DNA of 64,000 nucleotides from Pyrinomonadaceae bacterium. GTDB lineage: Bacteria; Acidobacteriota; Blastocatellia; Pyrinomonadales; Pyrinomonadaceae. The stretch lies in assembly GCA_046313635.1 (NCBI GenBank), contig JBKBYA010000001.1, positions 64,001 through 128,000 of the forward strand, in the 5' to 3' direction. Below the pieces are notes generated by a model. It had not been told where the DNA came from and ran no database searches. It saw only the letters and a program-made list of their open reading frames with translations. The stretch's first letter is position 1, and each line of letters opens with the position of its first letter. Made by a program: the position numbers and the translations under genes. Below, in pieces: positions 1 through 12,617 of this stretch.

Positions 1-2257
1 GACGGCCGGCCAGGTGCGGGCCCTTGCCGCGCGGCCCGAGGTCGCCTCGGTGTGGTCAAACGACCAGCTTACTTACTACATGGAGAGCGCTCGTACGCTT
101 ACCGGCGTCGAAAAGCTCCGCATCGACGCGGGCTTTACGCGGCTCAACGGCGGAATGCCTGTTTCGGGCGACGGCGACTTCAGCGTGATGGTGATCGACT
201 CGGGTGTCGACGCGACTCACGCCGACCTGCAGTTTGGGCCAAAGGTCGTGCAAAACGTACAGACCATCGTCGGCGCGGGAACGCTGCCGGGCTTTACGCC
301 TAACGTCTCGATCGAAAACGTCCCCAATACCGACCAGTCGGTGGGTCACGGCACGCATTGCGCCGGCATCATCGGCGGCACGGGCGCACGCTCGGGCGGG
401 GCTTACGCCGGTGTCGCGCCGGGAGCAAAGATCATCGGTGCGGGCCTCGGCGCCGGACTCTTTGTCCTTAACGCGATCGCCGCATGGGAATGGGGATTGA
501 CCAATCAATATCGCTACAAGATCCGCGTCGTCAGCAACTCCTACGGCAGCGCCGCGGCCTATAATCCCAACAATCCGATCATGCGGGCCGCCGAGCTCGC
601 TCATGACCGCAACATTACGGTACTTTTTGCCGGAGCCAACTCGGGCCCGGCCAAGGGTACCTGGAATCAGTACGCCAAGTCGCCAAAGGTGATCGGTGTC
701 GCCGCCGGATCAAAAGAGGGCGAACTTGCGAGCTTCTCGTCTCGCGGCACGCCGCGCGAAGAGCGTCTCGGCAACGCCGACCCGCTCGACGACTTTGACG
801 CGCCGACGATCACCGCGCCCGGGACGGGCCGTGTCTTCGCGTCCAATGCCGGCCGCTTCTCGACCGACATCGTCTCGGTCCGCGCGACCTCTAACCTCAG
901 CTCAAACGGCACGACCGACGACGCCGAGCTCCCGGCCTCGGCCATTCCCTTCTACACGCAGATCTCCGGTACGTCGATGGCCACGCCCTTCGCCGCCGGA
1001 GTGGTCGCCCTGATGCTCGACGCCGATCCGACGCTGACGCCTGACGAGATCAAGCAGATCCTCGTCGACACCGCGTCCAAGATGCCGGGACGCGCCGAGT
1101 GGGAGGTCGGTGCCGGCTACATCAACGCCTACGCGGCCGTCGACAAGGTCTATAACCGATCGCGGTCGTATGCCAATTTCCAGGAGACGAGCTACAACGC
1201 CGTCTTTAGCGAAGAGCGTCCGCCGGTGCAGAACTTTAATATCAACTTCAACCCGGCCGCGACGCCCGGAACGACGTCGTCCAACGCACGCCCGTTCACG
1301 GTCGAGCCGGGAATGAACGTCCTCGACGTCTTCGGTCGGGCGACGACCAATCCGTCGACCGGCTACACCAACGCGGTCGGCATAATACTCCATTCGCCGG
1401 ACGGAACGATCTACTCGAGCGGCATCAAGCTGCCGATCCTCGACAGCACCGTGCGTCAGGTGATCGTGCAGAATCCGATCCCCGGAACGTGGTACATCGA
1501 GATCCGCGGAGCACGCGGTCTGGCGGCCGTTCCAGGGGTCTCGCTGCCGACAAGCGGGGCTGCCGCCCCCGGCCCGGTGACCGGAACGATCACACAGACC
1601 AAATTCATCCTGCCGGTGATCGCAGACATCCTCGGCCACCAGCAGCAGGCTGCCATCGAAAAGGCCCTCAAGGACCGCGTCATCGACATTTACGCTGACG
1701 GCAGCTTCCGCCCCGACCAGGTCGTTACCCGTGAGGACCTCGCCCGGTCGCTCGTGCTCAATACGACACTCCGTCAATCGCTCGGGCCCGCTCCTAAGTT
1801 CACGGATGTCGCCGGCGATCTCGCACGCATCGCCGAGGCCGTCACCGCAAAGGGCTCGACACTGCGCGACTATGACTTCACGCCGGCGGGGATGATGAGC
1901 TTCAGCGGCTCGACATTCAACCCGACGGGCTCGGTCAACCGCCTCGACCTCGCGGTCGCTCTCATCAGGGCACTCGGTCACGACGCAGCGGCGCGTTCGC
2001 TCGCCAACACCACGGTGACCTTTAACGGCACCGCGCTGTCGGACAACGCACAGATCCCCGGCGCTCTGCGCGGCTACGTACAGCTCGCGATCAATAAGGG
2101 TCTGTTCGAGGCGTTCCCGGCCGAGGTCAGGCAGATCGGCCCCGGACAGTACCAGGTCATTCCGGGACCGCGGTTCGAGCCGGCGACGACCGTGACGCGT
2201 GCGACGCTCGCCTCGAAACTCAATTCATACCGCCAGCTCTTCACTACAGGCGGCTGA
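1..2257 (+). CDS. S8 subtilisin-like serine peptidase with C-terminal SLH-like domains (5' end lies before the window)
   Basis: Catalytic motifs VIDSG, GHGTHCAG and SGTSMATP; C-terminal 'FRPDQVVTREDLA' and 'FEPATTVTRA' SLH-like repeats; frame is open to the window edge. Confidence 0.9.
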   Translation, partial: TAGQVRALAARPEVASVWSNDQLTYYMESARTLTGVEKLRIDAGFTRLNGGMPVSGDGDFSVMVIDSGVDATHADLQFGPKVVQNVQTIVGAGTLPGFTPNVSIENVPNTDQSVGHGTHCAGIIGGTGARSGGAYAGVAPGAKIIGAGLGAGLFVLNAIAAWEWGLTNQYRYKIRVVSNSYGSAAAYNPNNPIMRAAELAHDRNITVLFAGANSGPAKGTWNQYAKSPKVIGVAAGSKEGELASFSSRGTPREERLGNADPLDDFDAPTITAPGTGRVFASNAGRFSTDIVSVRATSNLSSNGTTDDAELPASAIPFYTQISGTSMATPFAAGVVALMLDADPTLTPDEIKQILVDTASKMPGRAEWEVGAGYINAYAAVDKVYNRSRSYANFQETSYNAVFSEERPPVQNFNINFNPAATPGTTSSNARPFTVEPGMNVLDVFGRATTNPSTGYTNAVGIILHSPDGTIYSSGIKLPILDSTVRQVIVQNPIPGTWYIEIRGARGLAAVPGVSLPTSGAAAPGPVTGTITQTKFILPVIADILGHQQQAAIEKALKDRVIDIYADGSFRPDQVVTREDLARSLVLNTTLRQSLGPAPKFTDVAGDLARIAEAVTAKGSTLRDYDFTPAGMMSFSGSTFNPTGSVNRLDLAVALIRALGHDAAARSLANTTVTFNGTALSDNAQIPGALRGYVQLAINKGLFEAFPAEVRQIGPGQYQVIPGPRFEPATTVTRATLASKLNSYRQLFTTGG

Positions 2258-2293
2258 TCGTCTCGTTCCCGGCGGGGGCAGGGAACGAGCGTT

Positions 2294-2331
2294 AAGAGCG
2301 GGACTCTCCACGCATCGAGAGTCCCGCTCTT
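2294..2331 (+). terminator. Stem-loop after the S8 gene (probable terminator)
   Basis: AAGAGCGGGACTCTC-N8-GAGAGTCCCGCTCTT perfect 15-bp stem; a second hairpin CTCGTTCCC...GGGAACGAG at about 2262-2289. Confidence 0.65.
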
Positions 2332-2334
2332 GCT

Positions 2335-2384
2335 CTCAACCTTTCCTCAAGAGCCGCGGACCTGCCCGTCAAGCGTTTCTCAAG
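2335..2384 (+). promoter_or_regulatory. 11-bp-phased (C/G)TCAA(G/C) direct repeats, putative regulator binding site
   Basis: Copies at 2335, 2346, 2368 and 2379, all in one 11-bp register. Confidence 0.55.
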
Positions 2385-2456
2385 AACGCATTTTTAACAT
2401 CACGACCATCGGTTCGAATTATTAGAAAACAACAGCAAGCAACCTCGGAGGAGAAG

Positions 2457-5400
2457 ATGAAAAGCAATGCGAAGAGAACAAGCAGGGAGACACGACTAAG
2501 ACTCGCGCTCGTCGCGGTCGTCTGGTCGCTCGTGATCGGGGCGGTCGTTTGGCAGCCATGGACACGTTCGGCAAAGGCGGCGATCGACGTCGGAGCTGAC
2601 CCGACCGCAGCGATGTATCGACGCTCGGCCCCGCAATTCGATCTCAACATTTCCCGCGCGCTGCCAAACGTAAGGCAGGCCACAGGTGACCAGCTCCAGG
2701 CCCTCAACCGACTCAAGGCCGCCGCCGGCGCGCCTAACATGACAGCTCGCTGGAACGACTTTGGCGGGTCGCCCGACGTGATGTATGACTTCGCATCGCA
2801 GCCGTTTCAGGGCACGCCGGAGGAGGCGGGACGTGCATTCATCAACCAGAATGCCGCCCTTTTCGGCGTGAGCGAGTCAAACAACGTGAGGCTCTTCAGC
2901 CAGACCGACGCTCTGGGCGGGAAGCTCCTCCGATTTCAGCAGACATTCAACGGAATTCCTGTGACCAATGGCGGCATCGGCATCGTGCTGAACGCGAACA
3001 ACCAGGTCGTCATGGCCTCGGGCCCGTTCTTCCGTGACGTCGCGGTCAACACTCAGCCGACCCTCTCGGCCGAACAGGCGCGAGCGGCGGCCGACGCCGA
3101 TCTGGCGCGTTTTGCGGCAGACGTCCCGGCCGCGGTCGCCGATCTGCTTCGCACCGGCCTCGACATCCTTACACAGCAGGTCGGCAATGCCGCCAATGTA
3201 GAGCCGAGGCTCGGCATTTACCCGACCGCCGACGGCTACCGCCTTGTCTGGAAGGTCGGCAAGTTCTCGACAAATCCCTTCGGCCTCTACGTCGTCTCGG
3301 TCGATGCGCACACAGGCGAGGTCGTCCAGCGCCACGATTACGTGACCTACCAGACGAATCAGGTGCTGCCTTTCACGGCCGATATCTATCCCAAGTACCC
3401 GCGTATCACGCAGGAGCTCAAGGATCAGGGCATCATCAGCGTCTGCGGCGACCGCCCGTGCGACCAGGTCCGCGCACAGCTCAGAAAGTTTGACCCGAGC
3501 AACGTCACGACCGGCGTCAACGGTACGCTGACCGGCACACACACGGTCGTCAACAACGCGCTGGCGACCAAGCAGCCTTTTGCCCAGGCGGCGCGAGGCA
3601 CATGGCACTTTGCCAAGAACGATCCGGTGAATTTCGAAGGCCGGACGAATGAGCAGGACCACTTTGCCGAGCCGGCCGAGCATCAGGACGAGATCAACGC
3701 ATTCTTCTTCACGACCTATCTGCTCGAGTATGTCGATCACCTGCACCGTGCGGGCGACCCCGGAACGTTCGGCTCGACCGGAGCCTTCCCCGATCAGTAC
3801 CCGAACTCGTCCACGCCCCTGCCGGCAACGGTGCACATTCCGGACGTGCTTACGCCGCTTGCGGGCAGACAGTATCCGCCGGTGACCGATCCCGAGTTTG
3901 CGCAAAAGGTGCTCGGGCTTGATAACGCTTTTGCGCTCAATCTGACGCCATTTATCGAGGGCATTACCGGAGAAAAGTCGCCGGTCGTGGTCAACCCGAC
4001 GGCCTATGGTCACGGTTTCCTTTTCAACGACACCGCGCTCGAGGGAACGGTGCCGTATCACGAAGGAATGCACGCCATCACCTCGCCGATCGCCGGCCTC
4101 GAGGGCATCGAAGGCGGCGGGCTTAACGAGGGCCAAGCGGATATGTGGGCCTTTACCATCACTGACAACCCGAGCCTCGGCGATTACGTGATCAATGGCT
4201 ACCGCCTGCGTCAGAGATATCGTGAGCTCAACCGGGACCCCGATTCGATCGGCTATATCCGCAGCGCAAACTCGTCGCTGAAATACTCAGACATCGCGAC
4301 CTATCGCAATCCGGCCAACGGCCAGTATGAATACGAAGAGCATCGCGACGGCGAGATCTATATGTCGACGATGTGGGACCTGCGGCAGATGCTCAACCGG
4401 ATGTATCCGCAGAATACGCAGTTCAAGCGGCCGCAGCCGAGCGACGGCGCACCCGCCAAGGCGATCACAAAGGGCACAAATATCTTTGAGCGTCTTTTCC
4501 TCGGGTCGATGTATGTCCTCGGCACGACCGCTCCGGACACCTTCGTCAAGGCCCGAGACGCGTTGGTCGTCGCCGACCAGCTCCTTTACCCGACCGATTC
4601 GACCGATTCGTCGGCACCGGGCAAGCACAGAGCCCTGATCGAGCAGCTCTTCGCGGCGAAGGAACTCGGCGTCAACGCACGCGAGTCGCTGAGCGGCGTC
4701 CCGACCATCTCGACCCAGGTGACGTCTTTTGCCGGCAGCCAGGCCGCCCCGGCGGTGCCGACCGGCGTCCAGGTCGCTCCGGCATCGACCAAGACGTTGA
4801 GGGTCTCGTGGAGCCCGGTGAGCGGAGCCTTTGCTTACGAGGTGCTTAAGCGCAAGACGCAGTACGCCAACCAGCGCGAACCGAACGGCGTCCGGGCGGT
4901 CAACGACGGCGACAGCTCGACGACGGGCTACCGCCACGTCGCGTACGTCAACGGCAGCCAGACGTCTTACATCGACGAAGGCAAGGTCCAGGGGATCTTT
5001 ACCCCGGCCGGCATCAGCAACCTGTTTGACAGCGAATACGTCGTCCGCGCGATCGGCGTCAACGCATCGGGTCAGGTCGGGTTCTCCGATATGTCGGGGT
5101 CGTCCAAGCCCAGCCAGGGCCGTCAGGACCTGACGTCGCAGGTCGACTCAGCGATCTCGAACATCTCGTTCGTTAACGGCGTGATGGCCTTTGACAACAG
5201 GCTGACCAACGCCCGCGGCGCCTTCTCGTCCGACAAGACGATCTACCAGCCGCTCGAATTCCAGATCGTCTCGATCTCGAATCCGACCGTGACGGTAAGG
5301 AATGCCGACGCCAACGGCAACACGTTTGTCTACAACCAGACACTCGCACTCGGGCAGACGTCGGCCGCCAAGCGGCTCGAGTTCAACGACCCGGCGGCGC

Positions 5401-6023
5401 AGATGTTCAGCTTCGACGCACGCGTTTACGGCAACGCCTATATCGGCTCGACCGTCGGCACGGGCACCTCGGGCAACGACGGGACCGGCACGGCTCCGGG
5501 ACCGGTCACGTACTCGCTCTACAACCAGAGCTTCACCGGTACGCTGCTGCTCGGCGACCCCGTCGGCATCGCGAACAACAATGCCGGCGCGACGTGGGGC
5601 AACCCGACCTTTAAGGGCATCACCTGGGACGACTTCCCGATCACGACAAAGTCCGACGCGATCGCCCTCGAAGCGCGGCTCAGCTCCTCGACCGCGGTCG
5701 ATCTCGATTTTGAATTGAGGACGACGAGCGGGCAGGTTCTGCAGCGTTCGGCTGACTTTACGGCCAACGAGTTTGTCTCGGCGGCGGTCCAGCCAAACAC
5801 GACGTACATCCTGCGGGTGCTCGGCTTCGCGAATGGGCCGGCCGCCTTTAACATCGCGACGACGCAGCTGCTTCCCAACGGCTCGCCCAACGAGAACGGC
5901 GGCACCCGCACGACCGGCGGCAGCCCGCTCGGCGTGAGCGCGATAACGACGCAGGTGTCGGGCCTGTATCGCTTTACGGTCAATCCGATCACGAGATCGG
6001 TGACGGTCTCGCTCCTGCGATAG
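2457..6023 (+). CDS. Secreted M36/M4-like zinc metallopeptidase with FTP/PepSY propeptide, FN3 and PPC-like domains
   Basis: SD GGAGGAG before ATG 2457; N-terminal hydrophobic segment; propeptide 'LRFQQTFNGIPV' and 'VDAHTGEV'; HEGMH plus 'LNEGQAD'; FN3-like 'PTGVQV..LRVSWSPVSGAFAYEV'. Confidence 0.85.
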   Translation: MKSNAKRTSRETRLRLALVAVVWSLVIGAVVWQPWTRSAKAAIDVGADPTAAMYRRSAPQFDLNISRALPNVRQATGDQLQALNRLKAAAGAPNMTARWNDFGGSPDVMYDFASQPFQGTPEEAGRAFINQNAALFGVSESNNVRLFSQTDALGGKLLRFQQTFNGIPVTNGGIGIVLNANNQVVMASGPFFRDVAVNTQPTLSAEQARAAADADLARFAADVPAAVADLLRTGLDILTQQVGNAANVEPRLGIYPTADGYRLVWKVGKFSTNPFGLYVVSVDAHTGEVVQRHDYVTYQTNQVLPFTADIYPKYPRITQELKDQGIISVCGDRPCDQVRAQLRKFDPSNVTTGVNGTLTGTHTVVNNALATKQPFAQAARGTWHFAKNDPVNFEGRTNEQDHFAEPAEHQDEINAFFFTTYLLEYVDHLHRAGDPGTFGSTGAFPDQYPNSSTPLPATVHIPDVLTPLAGRQYPPVTDPEFAQKVLGLDNAFALNLTPFIEGITGEKSPVVVNPTAYGHGFLFNDTALEGTVPYHEGMHAITSPIAGLEGIEGGGLNEGQADMWAFTITDNPSLGDYVINGYRLRQRYRELNRDPDSIGYIRSANSSLKYSDIATYRNPANGQYEYEEHRDGEIYMSTMWDLRQMLNRMYPQNTQFKRPQPSDGAPAKAITKGTNIFERLFLGSMYVLGTTAPDTFVKARDALVVADQLLYPTDSTDSSAPGKHRALIEQLFAAKELGVNARESLSGVPTISTQVTSFAGSQAAPAVPTGVQVAPASTKTLRVSWSPVSGAFAYEVLKRKTQYANQREPNGVRAVNDGDSSTTGYRHVAYVNGSQTSYIDEGKVQGIFTPAGISNLFDSEYVVRAIGVNASGQVGFSDMSGSSKPSQGRQDLTSQVDSAISNISFVNGVMAFDNRLTNARGAFSSDKTIYQPLEFQIVSISNPTVTVRNADANGNTFVYNQTLALGQTSAAKRLEFNDPAAQMFSFDARVYGNAYIGSTVGTGTSGNDGTGTAPGPVTYSLYNQSFTGTLLLGDPVGIANNNAGATWGNPTFKGITWDDFPITTKSDAIALEARLSSSTAVDLDFELRTTSGQVLQRSADFTANEFVSAAVQPNTTYILRVLGFANGPAAFNIATTQLLPNGSPNENGGTRTTGGSPLGVSAITTQVSGLYRFTVNPITRSVTVSLLR

Positions 6024-6203
6024 CCGGGGCGAAAATGACGGCCAGGAGATCTGGTCCTTTGGTTAATACCGCTGCGAGGCCTTGGAAACAAGGCCTCGCT
6101 TTTTTTAGCCTTTGGCCGGCCGCGAGCAGGCTGGCGGGAGACCGCACCCGAACGGCGAAAAATATCTTTATCCGGTTTCCGAGGCCGGCCGCCCTTCATC
6201 TCC

Positions 6204-6251
6204 CTCAAGAACGCCTCAAGGATCGCTCAAGACCGCCTCGCTATTCTCAAC
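6204..6251 (+). promoter_or_regulatory. 11-bp-phased CTCAAG direct repeats, putative regulator binding site
   Basis: CTCAAG at 6204, 6215 and 6226, CTCG at 6237, CTCAAC at 6246; CTCAAGAACGC shared with the site at 2379. Confidence 0.55.
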
Positions 6252-6297
6252 CTAGAGCAAAAGGCATTTTTTGAAACGACGGGTGAGGAATAAGGCG

Positions 6298-8730
<2,433 letters not shown>

Positions 8731-8746
8731 GCGGTCAGGCCGCATC

Positions 8747-9376
8747 TCAGACCATACTCCTGACGATCGCACGAGCAGTCGCGAGATCGTCAGGAGTATT
8801 TACGTTAAGAAAAAAATTTTCGCTGCCGGCGAGATCGGCGATCTCGGCAAATGCGACACGTCTAACCCGCAGGCCTTCGAGCAGCCCTTGAAGACTCCAG
8901 TTCTGCGACGCGAGCTGCTCGTCGGCCCGTGCGAGGCAGACGTCCCTGCGATACAGAGCGCACAGCGGCTGCGTGCGGCCGTCGGGCTGGACCGGCACGA
9001 CCGCGTCAAACGCCTCGCCGCCCGACGACGCGAGCCGCTCGAGCAGCGCGGGCGTGACGAGCGGCAGGTCGCACGCTAGGACGACCGTCCAGTCGGTCGC
9101 GGCGTACGCGAGCGCGGTCGCGAGCCCGACAAGCGAGGCACGGCGCGGCCAACCGGCGCCGTCAAGATCGCGGTCAGGTATGACCTCGAAATTTGTCGTC
9201 TCGCCCGCGACGGCGCCGACGACGGCGACGCGGCCCGCAACCGTCGAGAGGATGCGCGCGGCGCGTGACGCGAGCGTTTCGCCGCCGATCAGGGCGCCTG
9301 ATTTATCGACGCCCATCCGGCTGCTCGCGCCGCCCGCCAGCACAAATCCATCCGGGCGATCTTTGACTTGAGACAT
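8747..9376 (-). CDS. mobA: Molybdenum cofactor guanylyltransferase
   Basis: LAGGASSRMGVDKS, ACDLP, QPLCALY and FLNVNTPDDL motifs. Confidence 0.9.
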   Translation of the reverse strand: MSQVKDRPDGFVLAGGASSRMGVDKSGALIGGETLASRAARILSTVAGRVAVVGAVAGETTNFEVIPDRDLDGAGWPRRASLVGLATALAYAATDWTVVLACDLPLVTPALLERLASSGGEAFDAVVPVQPDGRTQPLCALYRRDVCLARADEQLASQNWSLQGLLEGLRVRRVAFAEIADLAGSENFFLNVNTPDDLATARAIVRSMV

Positions 9377-9403
9377 TTTTTTGATCCGATCGGCTGCTGA
9401 GGC

Positions 9404-9501
9404 TATTCAAACAAGATCCACACGATATGCAGGAGGCCGGGTACAATTCAAATCGAAGTCGCTTTTCAGGTCCTGCCGATCCTGTCCATCCTGTCTGAAT
9501 A
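9404..9501. repeat. Imperfect inverted cassette of 9-mer-like repeats (ACAGGAT/ATCCTGT)
   Basis: Left TATTCAAACAAGAT..GCAGGA; right TCCTGCCGATCCTGTCCATCCTGTCTGAATA. Confidence 0.5.
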
Positions 9502-9693
9502 AACCTACCACGACACTAAGAACCAAATCTCGGAATCGCGTCTAATTCCTCACCGCGGCGCGGAAAATTTGCGGCCGTCGCGGATCTGCCGTCTGTCGAT
9601 CGCCGCGGGCCGCAAGCAAGCCGAATACTTTGGAGCCTGTAATTCATTGCGTTGCGTGTCAGCTCGAGATCACCCGCAACGCGATCAATGCGG

Positions 9694-9708
9694 CGGCAGG
9701 GCGGTTGC
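9694..9708 (+). promoter_or_regulatory. Candidate sigma54 promoter of the YwiC-like gene
   Basis: CGGCAG-GGCGG-TTGC (GG-N10-GC). Confidence 0.45.
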
Positions 9709-9771
9709 GTTCAGAGTCTCTTCCGCCCGCCGCTGGTGGCGGACTGGAATATTCAAGCTCAGGAGTATCAA

Positions 9772-10587
9772 ATGACAGCAGCAGCAATGGCCAAACCTCG
9801 CACAAGCATTCCGGTCAAGTCTATCGTCCTGCCGATCGAGCACGGGTCGTGGGGGTTTCTCCTTGAGCCGATCGCGCTCGGGCTCATCCTTGCGCCGTCC
9901 CTGCCGGCGGTCTTTATCACGATCACGGTCGTCGGAGCGTTCCTGACGAGACAGCCGCTGAAGTTCCTCATCGCCGACCTGAGGCAGGGCCGACGGCTCC
10001 CGCGCACCGAGATCGCACAAAGGTACGGACTCATCTTCGCGGGCGTCGCCGCTCTCGGCCTCGTCGGAACTCTCCTGACCGCGCCGTTGGCGAGCCTCGT
10101 TCCGCTCGCCGCCGCCGTACCGCTCGCGGGCTACGTGATGCTGCAGGACGCCGCCCGCCAGAGCCGTGAGCTCGTCCCCGAGATCCTTGCGGCCGTCGCT
10201 CTGTCTGCCTCGACGGCAGCGATCGTCGCGGCCGGCGGCGGATCGTGGCCGATCGCACTCTCGATGTGGGGCATAATGCTCGCGCGGCTTGTCCCTTCGA
10301 TAGTTTACGTCCGGAGCCGTTTGCGGCTCGAGAAGGGCAAGGAGTTCTCGAGACTGCCGTCGATAGTGCTGCACGTTGCGGCCGCCGCGGCGGCGGCCGG
10401 ATTCTTTGCCTACGGGACCGGCCCTTTCCTGACCGTCGCGATGATGGCTCTTTTGCTGGGCCGCAGCATCGTCGGTCTATCGCCGATCCGGGTTCCGGCA
10501 AAAGCAAAACAGATCGGCATCGAGGAGGTCGCCTACGGCGTGCTGACCGTGCTGTCGGTCGTCTTCGGTTTCTACTTTAAGATCTGA
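9772..10587 (+). CDS. YwiC-like membrane protein
   Basis: SD AGGAG; 'PIEHGSWGFL' N-terminal motif; multiple TM helices; 'AKQIGIEE' C-terminal motif. Confidence 0.8.
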   Translation: MTAAAMAKPRTSIPVKSIVLPIEHGSWGFLLEPIALGLILAPSLPAVFITITVVGAFLTRQPLKFLIADLRQGRRLPRTEIAQRYGLIFAGVAALGLVGTLLTAPLASLVPLAAAVPLAGYVMLQDAARQSRELVPEILAAVALSASTAAIVAAGGGSWPIALSMWGIMLARLVPSIVYVRSRLRLEKGKEFSRLPSIVLHVAAAAAAAGFFAYGTGPFLTVAMMALLLGRSIVGLSPIRVPAKAKQIGIEEVAYGVLTVLSVVFGFYFKI

Positions 10588-10673
10588 AAGCGGGCGGAGC
10601 CGCGGCCGTTTGGGAGCGTCGGGAAATGCGGACTGCGGGATCAGGTCCGCGATCCGCGATCGGACTTGCCCGG

Positions 10674-12611
10674 CTACTTTCCGGCGAGTGCGGCGGCCAG
10701 CGCGGTGAGGAGCTTTTCGCCGGTGAAGGGTTTTGTCAAAAAGCCGCTGACCCCGAGGTCGTCGAGCTCGGTCGTCTGGCCCGGATTCATCAATCCGCTC
10801 ATTGCTATGACCGGCCGAGCGGCATCGAGCCTGCGCAGCGCGCGGATAAATGCCGGACCGTCCATTACGGGCATCGAAAGGTCGGTCACGACGGCCGCGA
10901 TCTCGTTCTTCCGCTCGGCAAAAACGGCCAGCCCCTCCGCTCCGTCAACCGCCGTCACGACCCTGTAGCCAAACTTTTCGAGCGTCGCGGAGGTGGCCTG
11001 ACGTATGTTCTCCTCGTCGTCGACAACCAAAATGAGCTCGCCGGCGCCGCGCGGAGGCTTTTGGCTCTCGGTCTCGTCAGCCCGCTCGGTCGCGCCGTCC
11101 GCGGCCGGCAGATACACCGAGAACTTGCTGCCGCGGCCGAGCTCGCTGTAGACGTTGATAAAACCGCCGTGGGCCCGCACTATCGACGCCGCCGTCGAGA
11201 GGCCTAGGCCCGTGCCGCGGCCCATCTCCTTTGTCGTAAAGAACGGGTCGAAGATACGCTCGCGAACGTCGTCGCTCATCCCGACGCCCGTGTCCTCGAT
11301 CGTCACCAGCACATAGGCCCCCGCCTCGGCCTCGGGGTTCATCTGCGCGTAGCTCTCGTCAAGCCGCACGTTTCGCGCAATGATGCTCAGCTCGCCGCCG
11401 TGCGGCATCGCGTCGCGTGCGTTGACGGCGATATTCATCAGCACCTGGTGCACCTGCGTCGGGTCGGCCGAGATCGTCCACAGATCGGCGGGCACGTCGC
11501 AGCGCAGCCTTATCGATTTGGGCAGCGTCTCGCTGAGCACGCTGACGAGGTCTTTGACGATGTGCCTGACCTGAACGCTGACCCGTTCGCCCTCCATCCC
11601 GCGGGCAAATGTCAGCACCTGCTTGATGAGGTCGGCTCCACGCTCGGCATTCTCACGCACGAGCGAGAGCCAGCGTGCCGTCTCCGGGTCGGGATCGCCG
11701 AGCTGCAGCATCTCGGCCGCCATCAGTATCGGCGAGAGGATGTTGTTGAGGTCATGCGCAATGCCGCCGGCGAGCGTCCCGATAGACTCCATCCGCTGCG
11801 CTCGCAGCAGGTGCTCCTCGGCTCGCTTCTGCTCGGTCTTGTCGGTGTGGATGATCAGGATGTAGTCGGGCTGGCCCTGCTCGTTGCGGACGAGCGCCCA
11901 GCGGCTCTCTACGATGATCTTGCGTTTGTCCCTTGTCTCGCGGCGGACCTCTCGAGACCAGAAGCCGGTCTTTTCAAATTCGGCTCGCAGTCGATCCAAT
12001 CTCTGGCGGTCGCCGCCAAACATCACGTCGGTCAGATCGCTGCCGAGCACTTCGTCGATCGTCCAGCCGTACATCCGCTCGGCGCCCTTGTTCCAGTAAA
12101 TGATCCGGTAATTCAGATCGCAGACAAAGATCGCGTCGCGTGCGTTGTCGAGGAGCGACGCCTGCTGGCGGATGCGCTCCTCGGCAAGCTTGCGCTCGGT
12201 GATGTCAAACCTGATCGCGATGTACTGAAACGGCTTGCCGCGCTCGTCCAGCAGCGGCACGATCGTCGTGTCTACCCAGTAGATCGAGCCGTCCTTGGCG
12301 CGGTTGCGCAGCTCGCCGTGCCACGTGCGGCCGCCCGCGATGGTCTTCCAAAGATCTCGCATGAACTCTTTGGGATGGTAGTCCGAGTTTATTATCCGGT
12401 GGTCTTGGCCGATCAATTCGTCGCGGCTGTATTTAGATATCTCGCAAAATTTGTCGTTGACGTAGGTGATGATGCCGCGCTGGTCGGTGCGTGCGACGAT
12501 CGCCGCCTCGTCGAGCGCGTACTTGAGGTCCTCGAGCTCCTTGAGCCGCGGATCCGGCTTTTCGTCGGGCGTCTGTGAGGTCGTGGGCGATATGCCTTTG
12601 GTCTGGGCCAT
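10674..12611 (-). CDS. Cytoplasmic PAS-PAS hybrid histidine kinase with receiver domain
   Basis: Two PAS domains; H-box [22 protein letters not shown]-terminal REC (VVDDEE, DLSMP). Confidence 0.92.
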   Translation of the reverse strand: MAQTKGISPTTSQTPDEKPDPRLKELEDLKYALDEAAIVARTDQRGIITYVNDKFCEISKYSRDELIGQDHRIINSDYHPKEFMRDLWKTIAGGRTWHGELRNRAKDGSIYWVDTTIVPLLDERGKPFQYIAIRFDITERKLAEERIRQQASLLDNARDAIFVCDLNYRIIYWNKGAERMYGWTIDEVLGSDLTDVMFGGDRQRLDRLRAEFEKTGFWSREVRRETRDKRKIIVESRWALVRNEQGQPDYILIIHTDKTEQKRAEEHLLRAQRMESIGTLAGGIAHDLNNILSPILMAAEMLQLGDPDPETARWLSLVRENAERGADLIKQVLTFARGMEGERVSVQVRHIVKDLVSVLSETLPKSIRLRCDVPADLWTISADPTQVHQVLMNIAVNARDAMPHGGELSIIARNVRLDESYAQMNPEAEAGAYVLVTIEDTGVGMSDDVRERIFDPFFTTKEMGRGTGLGLSTAASIVRAHGGFINVYSELGRGSKFSVYLPAADGATERADETESQKPPRGAGELILVVDDEENIRQATSATLEKFGYRVVTAVDGAEGLAVFAERKNEIAAVVTDLSMPVMDGPAFIRALRRLDAARPVIAMSGLMNPGQTTELDDLGVSGFLTKPFTGEKLLTALAAALAGK

Positions 12612-12617
12612 GAGGAA

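Noticed and set aside
2199..2456. N-terminal extension of the M36-like ORF
   Set aside because: It crosses terminator hairpins; a strong SD supports ATG 2457.
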